This document shows positions 14,035 through 30,562 of a DNA stretch of 64,000 bases, piece by piece. This stretch comes from Piromyces finnis finn (taxonomy: Eukaryota > Fungi > Neocallimastigomycota), in assembly GCA_002104945.1 (NCBI GenBank), contig MCFH01000081.1:126598-190597 (forward strand). The letters are read 5' to 3'. Under the pieces are notes generated by a model. That model was not told the origin of the DNA. It worked only from the letters and a program-made list of their open reading frames with translations, and searched no databases. Numbering within the stretch: the first letter of the stretch is position 1; every line of letters starts with the position of its first letter. A program made the translations under genes and the position numbers.

Positions 14035-14400
14035 TCATTTTAATTGAAAATCGGATAGTAATATATTTTTTAATTTTGAAAAATCGATGTAATTATTACC
14101 AACAAATGTTTCTTGAATTATCTCAAAGAGATTATTTAATAGAATAATTAAATCGTTATTTTTATATATACATTTATCATTGATAATATTAATAAAAATC
14201 AATTTAATTATTCTTAAAATTCTTTTTTCCTGAATTTTTATAAAATCATCCATTGTGGGAATTTTATTCACTTCTAACGATAGTTTATGATCGACATCTC
14301 CAGATATTTTATCTATATCAAAATCATTATTTAAATATATATCATCATTTTTAATAATACCATTATTAATATTATCATATTCATTATCTTTTATATTAGA

Positions 14401-14432
<32 letters not shown>

Positions 14433-16390
14433 GGTGGTGATGATGATGATGATGTCTTTTTTTATTATATACTTTATGATAATAATCTAATAAAAATTCA
14501 TTAACCCTGTTTCTAAAAAGGTATGTTGGTCGTACTTTCCATTCATATGGATCATTACATTTTCGTTTATAGTTTTCATCAACGTTAATAAAATATTCAT
14601 GCACTGTAGATGTATAATTATTGTAATGTGGAATATTTTTGTTTCTTTTTTCTATTCTATCGTTCATTGCTAAAAAACTAAGAAAATGATTTTCATTCAT
14701 AAAATTATCTTTATTTTTAATATTACTCATAACTGAATGTAGTAATGTATTTGTATAATTTTTACGATTTAATAAATAGTATAAATAAGCTTCATCATCA
14801 TATTTTAATTTTTTTTCATTAAAATGAATAGGTTTGATTGATTCATTGTTAGAATAAGTTAGCTCTTCGATATCTTCAAAATATTCATTTTTTTCGTTTT
14901 CGGTATATAGATTACTTTGTTCTTCATTATCAATACTAGCATTCACTTCTATATTTATAATTTCATTATTATTATCATCGCCAATATTTCCAATATTAGT
15001 ATCATCAATATTTATATTATTAATATTGGTATTATCATTATTGAAATTATCATTTTGTTGATTTATTCTTTCATTAAATTTATTTAAAACTTCATCTATA
15101 TTCACATATTTATTTATATATTCTTTCAATTCTTCTATTGTATAAAATTGTTCCTACAAAAATGGAAAGGAAGTTTATAAAAATTAATTTAATATATATT
15201 AAAGTTTCAATATAATATTTACATTTAATTATATAATACGATAATACAAATACTTTTGAATTATATCCATGGTTATGTTCATCAAAGGATATATTTTCTT
15301 TATGGTCTATATTTCCATTTCCTGATAAAGGTAGTTTTTCATTGGAAAGTTTGTCATGATCCGGAATATTAGAACGGACAATATTTAATTTTGAATTTAT
15401 TGGTTTCCTTTGATCTAAAGTATTGGAATGAACACTTAACATACTATTTAATTTGGAATTAACTGATTTCATTTGATCTGAGTTATTTGAATTAACACTT
15501 AACATACTATTTAATCTTGAATTGGCTGGTTTCTTTTGACCTAAAACATTGGAATGAACACTTAACATACTATCTAATTTTGTGTTATTTAATTTCTTCT
15601 GATCTATAGCATTGGAATGAACACTTAACATACTATTTAGTTTAGAATTGACTGATTTCATTTGATCTGAGTTATTTGAATTAACACTTAACATACTATT
15701 TAATCTTGAATTGGCTGGTTTTTTTTGATCTAAAACATTGGAATGAACACTTAACATACTATCTAATTTTGTGTTATTTAATTTCTTCTGATCTATAGCA
15801 TTGGAATAAACACTTAACATACTATTTAATTTGGAATTGACTGATTTCATTTGATCTGATTTATTTGAATTAACACTTAACATACTATTTAGTTTAGAAT
15901 TGACTGATTTCATTTGATCTGAAGTATTTGAATGAACACTCAATGTACTATTTAGTTTGGAACTAGTTGGTCTTTTTTGATATGACATTCCTGAATTCAT
16001 ACTTAATTCTGAATTTGATTTGTAATTAGAATTTTCTTTTTGAATATCCTTATAAGTATCGTATTCTAAATTTATTTCATCAATGTTATCTCTTTTTTGT
16101 AAATTTAATACACTTTTTTTGTCATTTAGTTGATATTTATAATTATGGATTGGTTTTTCCTTTTTTTCTTCAATTATATATATACCACTTTCTAAATATT
16201 CACTTTCATTTATATCGAATTTTCTTTTTCTTTGGTTTAATTGATTATTTTCTATAGATAAATATTTAAATATTTCATAATCACCATTCAATGGTATGTT
16301 TATTATTTTATAAATAGTTTTAATTGATAAATTATTTGATCGAAAAGGACCATATGTGTTTGATTTAAATTTTATTATTATATATTTCAT
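14035..16390 (-). CDS. Orphan protein with internal 21-aa tandem repeats and an 18-His tract, probably 2 exons
   Basis: Two long ORFs can be joined by a GT-AG intron (about 15253-15155; YNSK^EQFYTIEELKEYINKY); no family recognised. Confidence 0.65.
15383..15961 (-). repeat. Coding 63-nt tandem repeat, about 9 copies with 189-nt higher-order periodicity
   Basis: Units of the type SKLNSMLSVxSNxxDQxKxxN; variants recur as an A-B-C pattern. Confidence 0.92.
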
Positions 16391-16677
16391 ATTATTATTA
16401 CAAAATATTCTTCCATATGTATATATTATATAAATATTATATATATTTACTTCAATACTTTCACTCGGGGAAAAAAAACATCAAACTATAATTATCTTTT
16501 TTATAATTAAATTTTAAAAGATCAATTATCTAAATTTTAATTTATTTTAAGAATTTAAAATCCAATAAAATTTTTAAATTTTTATTTTACATTATGTATT
16601 TATGTAATATTAGTTTATAAAAGATTCAACTTTTATTTTTTCCAGTTTATATATATAAAAGTATAATAGTATAAAAA

Positions 16678-17382
16678 ATGGTATGTAAATATAAATATTT
16701 TTATTATAGTTTAATGAGAAGTAAAAATAGGACCAGAATAAACTAATAATAACAAAAAACTTTTTCTATTATCAAATTTTAAAATAAATTAATAAAAGAC
16801 ATTAGACTTAATAATATATATAATTAAATATTGATTCATTTAAAATGAATCAATTATATTAAATTAATGTTATTATGATTATTAAAAAAAAAAAAAAAAA
16901 AAAAAAAAGAATAAAAGTGGTTTTAGTTATAATTCGTTTTAAGTATTTAAAATAGTTATTAATTAACTGTTTTTATTTTTCATCTTTTAATCTTTTTAAT
17001 TGCATAGCTTTTTTATTCCTTTTTCAATACTCTAATTGGTCATTCTGTAACTGTTGAATTAAAAAACGATCTAACAATCACAGGAAAACTCGTTTCTGTA
17101 GATCAATTTTTAAACATTAAATTAAATGATATCAGTGTATTAGATCACCAAAAATACCCACATATGGTATAATAAAATTAATACTTTAAATTCTAATAAT
17201 AATAATAGTAATATAAATTCAATTAATTAATGTAAAAATCATTATCATTAATCAAATAGGATTCAGTAAAAAGTTGTTTTATTCGTGGTTCAGTAGTTCG
17301 TTATGTTAGTTTATCAAAAGATTTAGTAGATACTGCATTACTTCAAGATGCAACTAGAAGAGAAGCACAACAACCAAAATAA
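16678..17382 (+). CDS. LSM2: U6 snRNA-associated Sm-like protein LSm2, 3 exons (ATG-only first exon)
   Basis: ATG^GTATGT at 16678-16686, acceptor at 17007; LFYSFFNTLIGHSVTVELKNDL...VDQFLNIKL...YPHM^DSVKSCFIRGSVVRYV...LLQDATRREA. Confidence 0.93.
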
Positions 17383-17677
17383 AAATAAATGGATTATTAA
17401 TCAAAATCATAATTTATAATATTTTTTGTAAAGAAATCAAATACTAATTAATTTAATATGTCAAAAAAAAAAAAAAAAAAAAAAAAGTACAAATTTGCAT
17501 TCATTACAATAATAACTTATTTTTAAATTTTTTTTAAAAAATGTTTCTAAAAAATACACATTAAGAAATAGTGTATAAATAAAATGATAACAATCATTCT
17601 TTAAATATATATGTTTATAATTAATATACATAAATTACTTTATTTATAAATAAAAAATTAAATACAAAAAAATGTCA

Positions 17678-19750
<2,073 letters not shown>

Positions 19751-20231
19751 ATAATGGGTGAGTTGATTTTTCAATTCTTGTTACTTTAATTACACTTGTA
19801 ACAAAAAAAAAGTTTTAATTTTTAAATTTATAATTTTCAAAAATTTTGTTTTTATTAAATAATGTTGAACATTCTGTGTTTAAAATTATTTAGATTTAGT
19901 GTAACTATTTTAAATATTAAATTGAAAAAAAAAAAATCAAATTCACGTATAAACGTACAATTAATGATATTTATGTACATATATCTAAATTTAATTACTT
20001 TAAAAATATCATTTAACTATTAAATAAATATACTTTATTAAAAATGGTTAAAAATAGATTAGTATGTAAAATAAGAAAACCAAATGAATATATGTTCATT
20101 TATTATAAAAAAGGAAAATGAAATTAAAATAATATTTTATTTATAATATTTTCATTTTAATTCTATTTTTTTTTTTTTTTTTTTTTTTTTTTACTGAAAA
20201 TTTAATACTATATAACTAATACCATTATACC

Positions 20232-22910
20232 ATGTCGGAGACATCTATTAAAAATCCAACATTAATTCAAAATAATTCCAACAATGTTTCTTTTAAAAAT
20301 AATATTCAGGAATCATCAACTAATAATAATTCACCATTAGTATCTAGTAATAATAATAATAATAATAATTCGAATAATAATGGACCGAAGCATCATTTTA
20401 GACATCATAATATAATTAGTCATAATCAGTTTATAAAACAAGATGTTAAAGAAGTTTCATTATTAGATTCATTAAAATCTAGTATTGTTGATGATAGTCC
20501 AATTAGAAAAAGTAATTATGTTCCTGAAAAAGTTTACGTTAGAACTGATCTATGTTTATTAACTGGAGATCAACAAGAAATTTTAAAAGAGAAAGAAAGA
20601 AGAAAAAAGGTATATTATATTTATCTAGTGTCGAATTAATTTTTTTTCAATGTTAATAATTTAAATCATTACATGAAACAGAATATAATGGAATGTGGTT
20701 TTTCATCAGTATTTAAAGAACCTTATAAACCTTTAGGTATAAACTATATAAAAAAAATTATTTTATAAATTTATCATATTTTAATGTCTGAAAAAAATAT
20801 TATAGGTGTTCCTATAATTGATACTAATGCATTAATTATTGATTGCTTGAAAATAAACCCATCTTCTTTTCAAAAGTATACATTTATAATAAAAGTTTAT
20901 ATTAACCTAAATAATAATTAAAATTTACTAAAATTATTTTTTATTATAGATCAACCCATAATAAAATTTCAAAAATGAACAATTTAAAGCATGAATTAAA
21001 TCATGTCAATAGAAAAATTCCAGTTTGTATGAATTATTTATAAATTAAAACAAATATATGAGTAATATAGAACTTATTGATATTAATGAAATTATAATAT
21101 ACAAAATGAAGTGGAACTAACGGGAAGACAAACTGGATATAAATTATTAAAATCAGCTTTAAAAGAATCTACAACAAGAATGCACTCGGTTAAAGTAAAT
21201 TAACTTATAAAAATCAGTTAATATATAAATATTATATTTTATTAATTCTAGAATTTTATTTTCTTTTTTTTATACATATAAATCAAAAGTATGGAGTTCC
21301 ATTTTTTGAAACAATGAAAAACCAAGATAAATATAATTATTACAAAGAATCTGATAAAAATGATCGTGACTTAAATAGTAATATTAATTTTAGAATTCTA
21401 ATAAAATTAATAAAATATTCTAGAATTTAATACTAATTAAATTTAAATGTATATTATAGCTATTGATTATAAACATCTTGTGTTTGATACAGACAAACAG
21501 AATTACTTTACGCATTTAGTAAATATAAGAAAAAAAGGTAATTAAGTAAACAAATAATTATAATGTTAATATAAAATAGATACTTATTGATTAAAATAAA
21601 TTAAAAATAGAATTATACAACGAATCTTTACAATCATATAGTGAAAAACTAAAAAATAATAACGAAAAAAAGAAAAAGTCTAAAAAAGAGGATAATGGTA
21701 CCGAAGAAATAATTAAAAAAAAATTTAAAAAACTTAAAAATTATACTTTATTAATGTATATTAAAATTTTATCAATATAACATATAAAAGATGAACTTAA
21801 TTTAAAAAATATTCATTTGAAAAAATTAGAAGAATCACTGCAATTTAAACAAAATCCAAATATTAATCCTATTGGAAAGGTAAGTAATTAATAGTAAGAT
21901 TATAAAATAATATATTACAAGATATTAAATTAGCAAAATATAAAATTTATTATATACATATATGTTTAAATAGTTTTATGAAACAAGAGATGGTTATTAT
22001 GAACAACGTCAACGATTAAATAATATACTAGAAGAGGATCTAAACAGGTATTTCTATAAAAATAATATTATATTAAAGAAAAAATATACGAAATATATAT
22101 AACAATTAATAATTATATTATTATAAATATATATAGATTAGAATTTAATAGAAGTAAAATATTTAGAAAGAAATTTTGCGCTCTTACAATTAGCAAAGTA
22201 AATATATAAATAATTTTTTTTTAAAAAAATTAATAATAATATCGTTATAATATTCATTTAATTAAAATTTATACATAATGATAATAAAATAAAGAATAAT
22301 GGATTTGCTGATGATGATCTTAAACGTATGAGAAGTATCGTTAATAAAGAATTACGAATCGAGCGTGAAAAAGTTATTAATAGACATCCATGGTATAATG
22401 ATATGGTTAATAAAATGATATATACAACTGGAACAGCAAGGCAGTTGACTGAAACAGAAAATATTTTATTTAAACAAATAAAAAAGTATAAAGTTTTAAC
22501 AAAATAATTTTAATTATATTGCAATTAAAATACATTTATTAATATTAAAAAATTCTTTTTATTTAATAAGCATAATAGAAGATGGTATTCCATTCTCAAG
22601 ACTTACATATATAAATATATTGAAGATTATACCCCCATCAGAATTTATGACTGAGAATATTCAAAGAATGCTTCGTTTTATTAAGCAGCATGAACCAATT
22701 GCAGAAAGAGATTATATGGAAGCTGTAGAAGCTTCAGGGCATTCAATGAAAATTAATAATCCAAATGATGATGATAATGAAGATAATGAAAATAATAGTA
22801 GTGAAAATGGCAATGATGAAGAAAATGAAAATAATAATAGAAACAATAATAATGATGATAATAATATTAATAATGAAAATTTAAATATAGTCAAAGAACC
22901 TTCTGAATAA
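20232..22910 (+). CDS. Uncharacterised multi-exon protein (more than 10 short exons)
   Basis: Chain of in-frame GT-AG-bounded exons (NIMECGFSSVFKEPYKPLG; FYETRDGYYEQRQRLNNILEEDLNR; RHPWYNDMVNK; KIIPPSEFMTENIQRMLRFIK); family not recognised. Confidence 0.7.
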
Positions 22911-23213
22911 TTGAATCTTTATTTTTATATAATTTATTTTTAATAACTAATGAATAAATAATTTTCAATCCAAATATAAATTATTAATATTATCATACAT
23001 TTTTACATTTTAATGATAATGATTAATTAATATTTTCTTTCTATAGTAATTGTAATTAGTATATTCATCAATTAAGATATATATCTATTGTTTAATAATA
23101 CACTACTCTTTTTTTTATATCACTATACCAATAAATTATTAATAATAAAATTAAAATTGAAAAAACTAATATTTAATATTTTAAATTAGTAATATAGTGA
23201 TTTTAATATACAT

Positions 23214-23439
23214 TTATGAAACTTCAACAATAACTTCATTTGAACTTTCTGCATTTAAGTTTTGTTGTTTTTGTGCAATTCTTATTGATTTTTTGTATCC
23301 CTCAATATCAAATATGAATGGTTCCTGACCAAAATTAACCTTCATTTCAGAACCTGTATATAAGCCAATACATACAAAAATTGGTTGATCTGGAATTGCT
23401 ATGCCAGTCATACCTTAATTATCATTAATAATAATAATG

Positions 23440-23487
<48 letters not shown>

Positions 23488-25931
23488 TATAAATATATTA
23501 TAAATATATTAATTTTTATAACAAACAATTAATATAATTAAATGTTAAAAATTATAAAATGATTTGGGATAATATAATAATAATAATACCTAAATTCTTT
23601 CCATTTTTAGTATAAAATACTTTTTTATCTATAAAATTGATACAACATCCAACAACATCTCCAACTTCATAAGAGGGACCATAATGAGTCCAATTTCCAT
23701 GTTCATAATGATCACCAGTATAATTACAATAGCCACTACTATTCTTAGAATAACCTTTTAAATAATAATATTTTTAAAATGTATCAAAATTATAACAATA
23801 CAATAATAATAAAAATAATAATATCAATAAAATAAGTATATATTCCTTTTTACATAATATATTTATATTATATTTAACCTGGTCTATTTGATAATTCCAT
23901 ATGTCTTGTACAATATCCAATAGCACCAAAATTAGGCCTAATAATATATAAATTAGACATTAAATTCATTCAATTAATAAAAATATATTGAATATTACCA
24001 TTCAGATCTTCTAAACATAATTTTAACTTCGTAATAATAAACTTGATGTCTATTAGGTATAGGCATATTTGATCTTACAGATGCCCAACATTCATTATCA
24101 ATTAAACCTTTTTATTTAAATAAAGTTTTATAAAAAGATATTTCAATATTATTATTATCGTTATTATTGTTTTCTTTTGTTATATATTATATTTATATTA
24201 TTTTATATTAATACCGATATGCTTAGCATAAGTATTATTTTCATGTAACTCTAATTGAACTGCTTTATCATTTGGATCTAAACTTAATGTTGTCAAAACT
24301 ATTATATATAATAATATATTGTTATTGTTATTATTTTATTAACTTATATATAATTAAATAAAGATTCAAAAAAATAATTGCTCTACCATAATATTTATGT
24401 TTTAGCAAATTAATGGTTTCTATTTTTTTTATATATATGCACATATATAATTAATAATTGATTAATTAACATTTCGGTTTTATAATAAACACATATAGTT
24501 CTTTTCTTATTACCTTCAAGTTTTTCGATTTTTTGAAGTTGCTCCTTACTTTTTACTAAAATAAAAACAATAAATATTATCTATTTAATAAAAAATATCT
24601 TATATTTTATTTTAAATTAAAATTTATTTTAGGTTTACTTTCTAATTCTTTTATTTCTTTTTTATGATTTAATTCAATATATTTATGTTTTTTAATAACC
24701 CAATCCAAGCTTTTTTCGTTAAATTCGCATTTCCAAATATGGTTCTTTAAAATATAAAAAGTATAGTAATAATTATTATATATCATTTCTCTTTAATTTA
24801 TTATTGTTTTATTTTAGTGTCATTTATTAAAATTCTATATATGATATTTACTTTATATTCATTTAATGATATATGCGTTAAAGGACAACCTTTATAAACA
24901 TTAATACATGAAATATACTTCATTTGATCTTTATTTTTATCAATTAGATTTCCTATTGATTTAAGTTCATTTCCTTCGGATATTGATGATGCCGAATTAT
25001 TAACTGATAAATCATTTAAATTCCCAATTGAAGTTAATGATACAATACTTTGTCTTTTTTTAAAAACACTTTCACATTTTTTTTCATGATTACTTCGTTG
25101 ACTTGCTCTCAATGCATATTTACAATAATTACAAATATATATACTTTCACATTCCATTAAATGTTTTCTTAATTTATTTCTTGGACCATACCAATAACAT
25201 ATCTCACTTACTGAAGAATCATCAGAATCATTTTCATAATTATTTAAACTTAAATTTGATTGAATATTATTTTTATTATTAGGACTTTTACTGTTTTCAT
25301 TTCCTAAACAAAATACTTCTAATGTATCAACAATTTTTGAAATATTTTCATCAAAAGGAAGAATAATTCTTATTGGATGTTCATTATTTCCTTGATTAAA
25401 ATCATCAATTTCTGTTTTTAATTGTGTTATTTGACCACACTTTGGACAAGTTATATTAATATATTCTTGAATTTGACCTATTGAATCCAAAGACTGAATT
25501 GATATTGTCAATTGGTCTTGAACTGAATACATTATACTATGTCTTCTACTATTGGTTATATTATCGTTATTTATTTTTTCATTGTCAATGTCCTTATCCT
25601 TCTCATTTATAAAACAATTCTTATTTTCATTTATATTAAGATTTGACGAAATATTATGTTCATCATCACCATCCTGCTTTTTTTTTATTTCGTTTATGTT
25701 TATTGAATAGTCTTCTGGATTTTGAAGGTATTGTCTTTTGAGTTCATGAATAATATGATCTTTACAAAAAATATGTTCACAACTTAATCTTACAACAGAA
25801 GGTGCCGGTACTTTATTACATAAAGCGCACTTAAATATTGATATTATAGGGTTTTCTTTATATACAAGTTGATCATAGTATATTCTAGGTACTTCTTCAT
25901 TTTTTAATTTAAAAGTTGAACCTGTCGCCAT
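23214..25931 (-). CDS. RING + TRAF-type zinc fingers + coiled coil + SPRY domain protein (putative E3 ligase), multi-exon
   Basis: CALC...CEHIFCKDH...CPKC RING; CYWYGPRNKLRKHLMEC and CINVYKGC TRAF-like fingers; SPRY motifs YYYEVKI, YGPSYEVGDVVGCCINFIDKKVFYTKNGKNLG, VNFGQEPFIFDI. Confidence 0.8.
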
Positions 25932-26330
25932 TTAATATCTTTACAGATTTAAATAAAAAATGTTTGGGAAAGAAAGAAAAAAAAAATGTATTGAAAAATG
26001 TTTATTATTTAACTGAAAATAATTCAAAGTTTATAAATTTTAAATTTTTCAAATATATATATAAATTGTATAAATGTAATAAATTTATACAATTTATATT
26101 AAATCAAATTATAATTATTATTATTATTATTTTAAATATAACTTTATATTATTAAAACTTTTTTCCTCAAAAATGATTTTATTACATCAAATTTAATTTG
26201 TATTTCTTAATTTTTTTATTATTTCAAATAATAGCAATAAAATATTAATATATAAAAAGAAATATAGTGATATTAAATACAAATAAATATATATAATATA
26301 AATTCATTTAATTAATTTCCAATAAAAAAA

Positions 26331-29300
26331 ATGGAATCATTTGAAATTTCAGAAAGAGATCTTGAAGAGGAAAATGAATTATTCAATGATCCAGAATCAA
26401 GAAGAAAACGTAAAAGATTTACAAAAGAAGATGCAATTTATGGTATTTTTAAAGGAAGCGATAGTGAAGATGAAGTAGATTACAAATCAAATAATATTTA
26501 TTCCAAAAATAAATATAATACAGGAATATCATTTGTCAAAGGACAACTTACAAATAATATTAGTAATAAAAGCCCATCAAATAGTAGTAGTGATGATGAA
26601 AATTATAGTAGAAATAGTGATAGTGATAGTGATAATAATAGTAATAGTAGTAATTCAGATACAGAAAACGAAAATGATAATATGGAAGAAGATATAAATA
26701 ATGAATCATCAATAAGTGGAAACCAAGGTTTAGGTTTTGGTAATTCTGCAGGTCAAGGCCTTGGTTTTGGTAATTCTGCAGGTCAAGGTCTTGGTTTTGG
26801 TAATTCTGCAGGTCAAGGTCTTGGTTTTGGTAATTCTGCAGGTCAAGGTCTTGGTTTTTCAAATAATAATGATAATATAAATGTACCAACAGAATTTTCA
26901 TCTTCCAAAAATAAAAAAGAAAAAAAGAAAAAAGAAAAATCAAATTATCCAACATCAACTTATAAATCTAAATTGAAAGTAGATAAGAATTTTGGTAAAT
27001 TTGAAGAGCATACAAAAGGTATCGGTTTAAAACTTTTAATGAAGCAAGGTTATGTACCTGGTGAAGGTTTAGGTGTTAATAAAGATGGTATTACAGCACC
27101 AATTGATGTTAAATTAAGACCAAAAGGTCAAGGTCTTTCATTTAATAATTTTGATGAAATGACAGAAAATGACAAAATACAACAAAAAGAATATAAAAAA
27201 AAATATGCAACAGAATTGAAAGCAAAAGGTATTAAAATGGATATTGGTTTAGATGAAATCGATGAAAATTTAATGGAAGAAGAAGAAAATGAATTAGAAG
27301 CAAGACCAAAAACAGAAGCATGGAAAAAGGGAAAAAAGAATAGAAAAAAGATTACTTTATATAAAACAGTAGATGAAATTATACGAGAAGAATCTGAAAT
27401 TGTAGAAAAAAATTTAAATGTCCCACAACCACTAAAAATTATAGACATGACTAAAAAAGAAGTCAGAATTTTATCTGATTCAAGTCAATTATCATCAGAT
27501 AATAAAATAAGTATGGACAAATACTTTGAAATTAATGAGCATTTGCCTGAATTACGACACAATATTAAATTAATTACTGATTTAACCCAAACTGATTTGA
27601 TGTATATATTAAAACAACTAAAAGTTGAAGAAACAAAAAGAAAAGGTTTAGAAGAAAAATACTCCAAAAAATCAGAAGAAATAAAATCAGAAAAAGTAAG
27701 AATTGAAAAAGTTAAAAAAATAGATTCTATAATAAAAGAAGTTAAGCAAATATCTCAAGATATAACTAAAGAATTTAAACTTTTGGAAAAAAGAAAAGTA
27801 CTTTCTCAATATCAAACTGATCAACCAATAAATAAAAATGATATGACTGAAGTTCAAGCTATTTTTACTAATATAAAAGACAATATATTCACAGCAAATG
27901 ATGGGAACAAATTATTTTCATTATTAGATAAAAAATTTTTACAATTGGAATCGGATTATGACTTATTCTTAGAATTTAAACTTGATAGATTACTAGTAAC
28001 CGTAATAGCACCAATATTCAAAAAAATGATAGCAAATTGGAACCCATTGGAAGATCGATATTTATGTCTAGAATATTTTATAAAATGGAAAAAGTTATTA
28101 CTTGTAAAATCATCAGAAAATAATAATGAAAATGATTCATCTTATCTTTTTATTATGACATCTCAAAAAGGAATGACCTGTTTTGAATCTTTATTATATT
28201 CTTCATGGTTACCTAAAATTAGACAATTAGTAAAGTAAGTAATTATAATACAAATACATATTAATATTAATGTTATTTTCAGTATTATAATAGTATTAAA
28301 TTTAATGAACAAAAAAAAGTTAAGTAAATAAAAATAAAATAAAATAATAGATAGATAGTAATATAATTTTTAATTTCCTTTATACCCAAATATTTTTATT
28401 ATTTACTATAATAGTAATGATTGGGATCCAAGAAATCCAGAATCTTTAATTAAATTATTAGAAGAATGGGAAATTATTTTACCACAATGGCTTAAGAATA
28501 ATATAATAGAACAATTAATTATACCAAAACTTAAACTTGAAGTTAATAATTGGATGCCTCAAATTTACTTCAAAAATCCAGAATCAAATAATACTATTCC
28601 TCTTCATTCTTATTTATTACCTTGGTTAGTTGTTATTGATGAAGAAAGAATGCATTTACATTTATTTGAGACTGTAAAGAATAAATTAATTGTCTTTTTA
28701 CATAATAGACCCTTTTTGGAAAATGAAAAAGATGGTGGCAAATTTATATTACAAAATCTCTGTTCATGGCTAGAGGTATGTTTATTTTGCCATTATATTT
28801 ATATAAAATATTTATTAATAATTTTTCTTTTTCACTTTTAGGTATTAACAAAAGAAGACTTTATGGATATCTTAACTCAATGTGTACTTCCAGAATTAGT
28901 AAGACATTTAAGATATAACTTCTTTATTAATCCAGCAAAACAAGATATTAAACCTTTAATGCAAGTTTTGGCATGGTCAGAATTTGTTCCAGAAATGTTA
29001 ATGACAAAGGTAGTTTCAACTGAATTTTTCCCAAAATGGTATAAAATTTTAGCAATGTGGCTTAAATCAGGTGAGGAAAATGGAAATGAACCAAACTACA
29101 ATGAAATTGTTGCATGGTATAAATCATGGAAAGATACCTTAAAAGATATCAAAGGATTAGATGATTATTGGAAACTAGGTTTAGATATGATGAACGAAGG
29201 TGCAAATTGTAAAATACCGACGATTAATTCATTATCTGATGATCAACCATTACTATCGAATATTAAAGGTATGTCTAATTAAACAATATATATATACAAA

Positions 29301-29696
29301 GAAATAGTTTTATCTTTTTTAAGAGATAAAAATAAAATGAAATACTAATAATATTTATTTTTATTACTATAAATATGAATAGTTTCTCAATTAATGGACA
29401 ATAATACCCAAGAAAAACAAAAAACTAAGTCTAAACCACAATTATCATTAAAGGAATATTTAGAAAAGGAGCTCGAAAAAGAGGACTGTCTATTAGAACC
29501 TTCTCGTATAATACATGAAAGTGGAAAAACACTTTATAATATTATTAAAGTCTATTATGAACCTGTTTCTAAAAAGAAAACTATATATAATTTATATATT
29601 GATGATGGTGTTTTATTTGTTAGATTAGTTAAATCAGAATCAAATAATTATATACCTATTGGTATAAATGAATTAATAGAAAAGATTAAAAAATGA
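26331..29696 (+). CDS. TFIP11: Tuftelin-interacting protein 11 / Spp382-Ntr1 (G-patch + GCFC), 4 exons
   Basis: N-terminal KEDAIYGIF; G-patch FEEHTKGIGLKLLMKQGYVPGEGLG...GITAPIDVKLRPKGQGL; LPELRHNI; FFPKWYKILAMWL. Confidence 0.93.
26724..26858 (+). repeat. Coding 30-nt tandem repeat (GQGLGFGNSA), about 4.5 copies
   Basis: Near-identical caaggtcttggttttggtaattctgcaggt units. Confidence 0.95.
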
Positions 29697-29940
29697 AAGT
29701 ACATATTTATTGATTAAATACTGAAAATAAAAAAAAAAAAAAATATCATTGTAAAAACATTAAATTTATATATTTATAAAATAGCAAGTAGTAATAATAA
29801 TAAGTTATTTAATAAAAAAAATAAAAAAAAATAGCATTCAATATTATATTTTTATAAGCACACTTTTTTTTTTTTTTTTTTTTTCAATATCCTTTTATTA
29901 AACTTTTATTAAATCATTACCAAATTTATTTAAATAAATA

Positions 29941-29979
<39 letters not shown>

Positions 29980-30075
29980 GCTATTGTAATGAATTCTATT
30001 AAAAAAATATGAAGGAAATTTCTACTAGAATACTATTTAGTTGAGTTGAATTAAAATCAAATATTACTACTTTTT

Positions 30076-30158
<83 letters not shown>

Positions 30159-30562
30159 ATTATTTATGTGTAACATTTTTTTTTAAATTATTAACTTTTT
30201 AATATACTAAAAATTGACCATCTCAATTAAGATCTATATATTTATTAATTTATTTTTCATATATAAAAAATAAATATATAACTTTTTATTTATACAAATA
30301 GATATATTTGTTTTATTTTTTAATATCTTTTTATTATTATGATGATGATAATGAATAAATTAAATACTTTAAATTATATATATACTACTCTAATCTAATA
30401 AATTAAATTAATTTATATTTTATAATTAATATTTATGATAATTATAATTAAATAATTATAATTCCTTTTTTGATTTTATATATTAATTTTAATCATTAAA
30501 AAATTATAATTAATGATATCATTATAATTATTTGTTTCTTTGTATTATAGTTTTGATAGCTA

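Noticed and set aside
15110-15129. Overlap of two minus-strand ORFs suggesting programmed frameshifting
   Set aside because: Explained more simply by a GT-AG intron ending at TTTTTGTAG
15383-15961. Regularly spaced repeats resembling a CRISPR array
   Set aside because: Contiguous in-frame coding repeats without unique spacers, in a eukaryotic genome with no cas genes
19777-19805. GTTAC...GTAAC inverted repeat as an X-box in the ZMYND12 promoter
   Set aside because: Spacing (13 nt) is too long for an RFX site
26560-26958. Antisense ORFs with QNYQNQDLDL repeats and other antisense ORFs (6542-6929, 8678-8923, 27128-27667, 49817-50005, 60582-62653 shadows)
   Set aside because: Shadows of real genes on the opposite strand or in another frame
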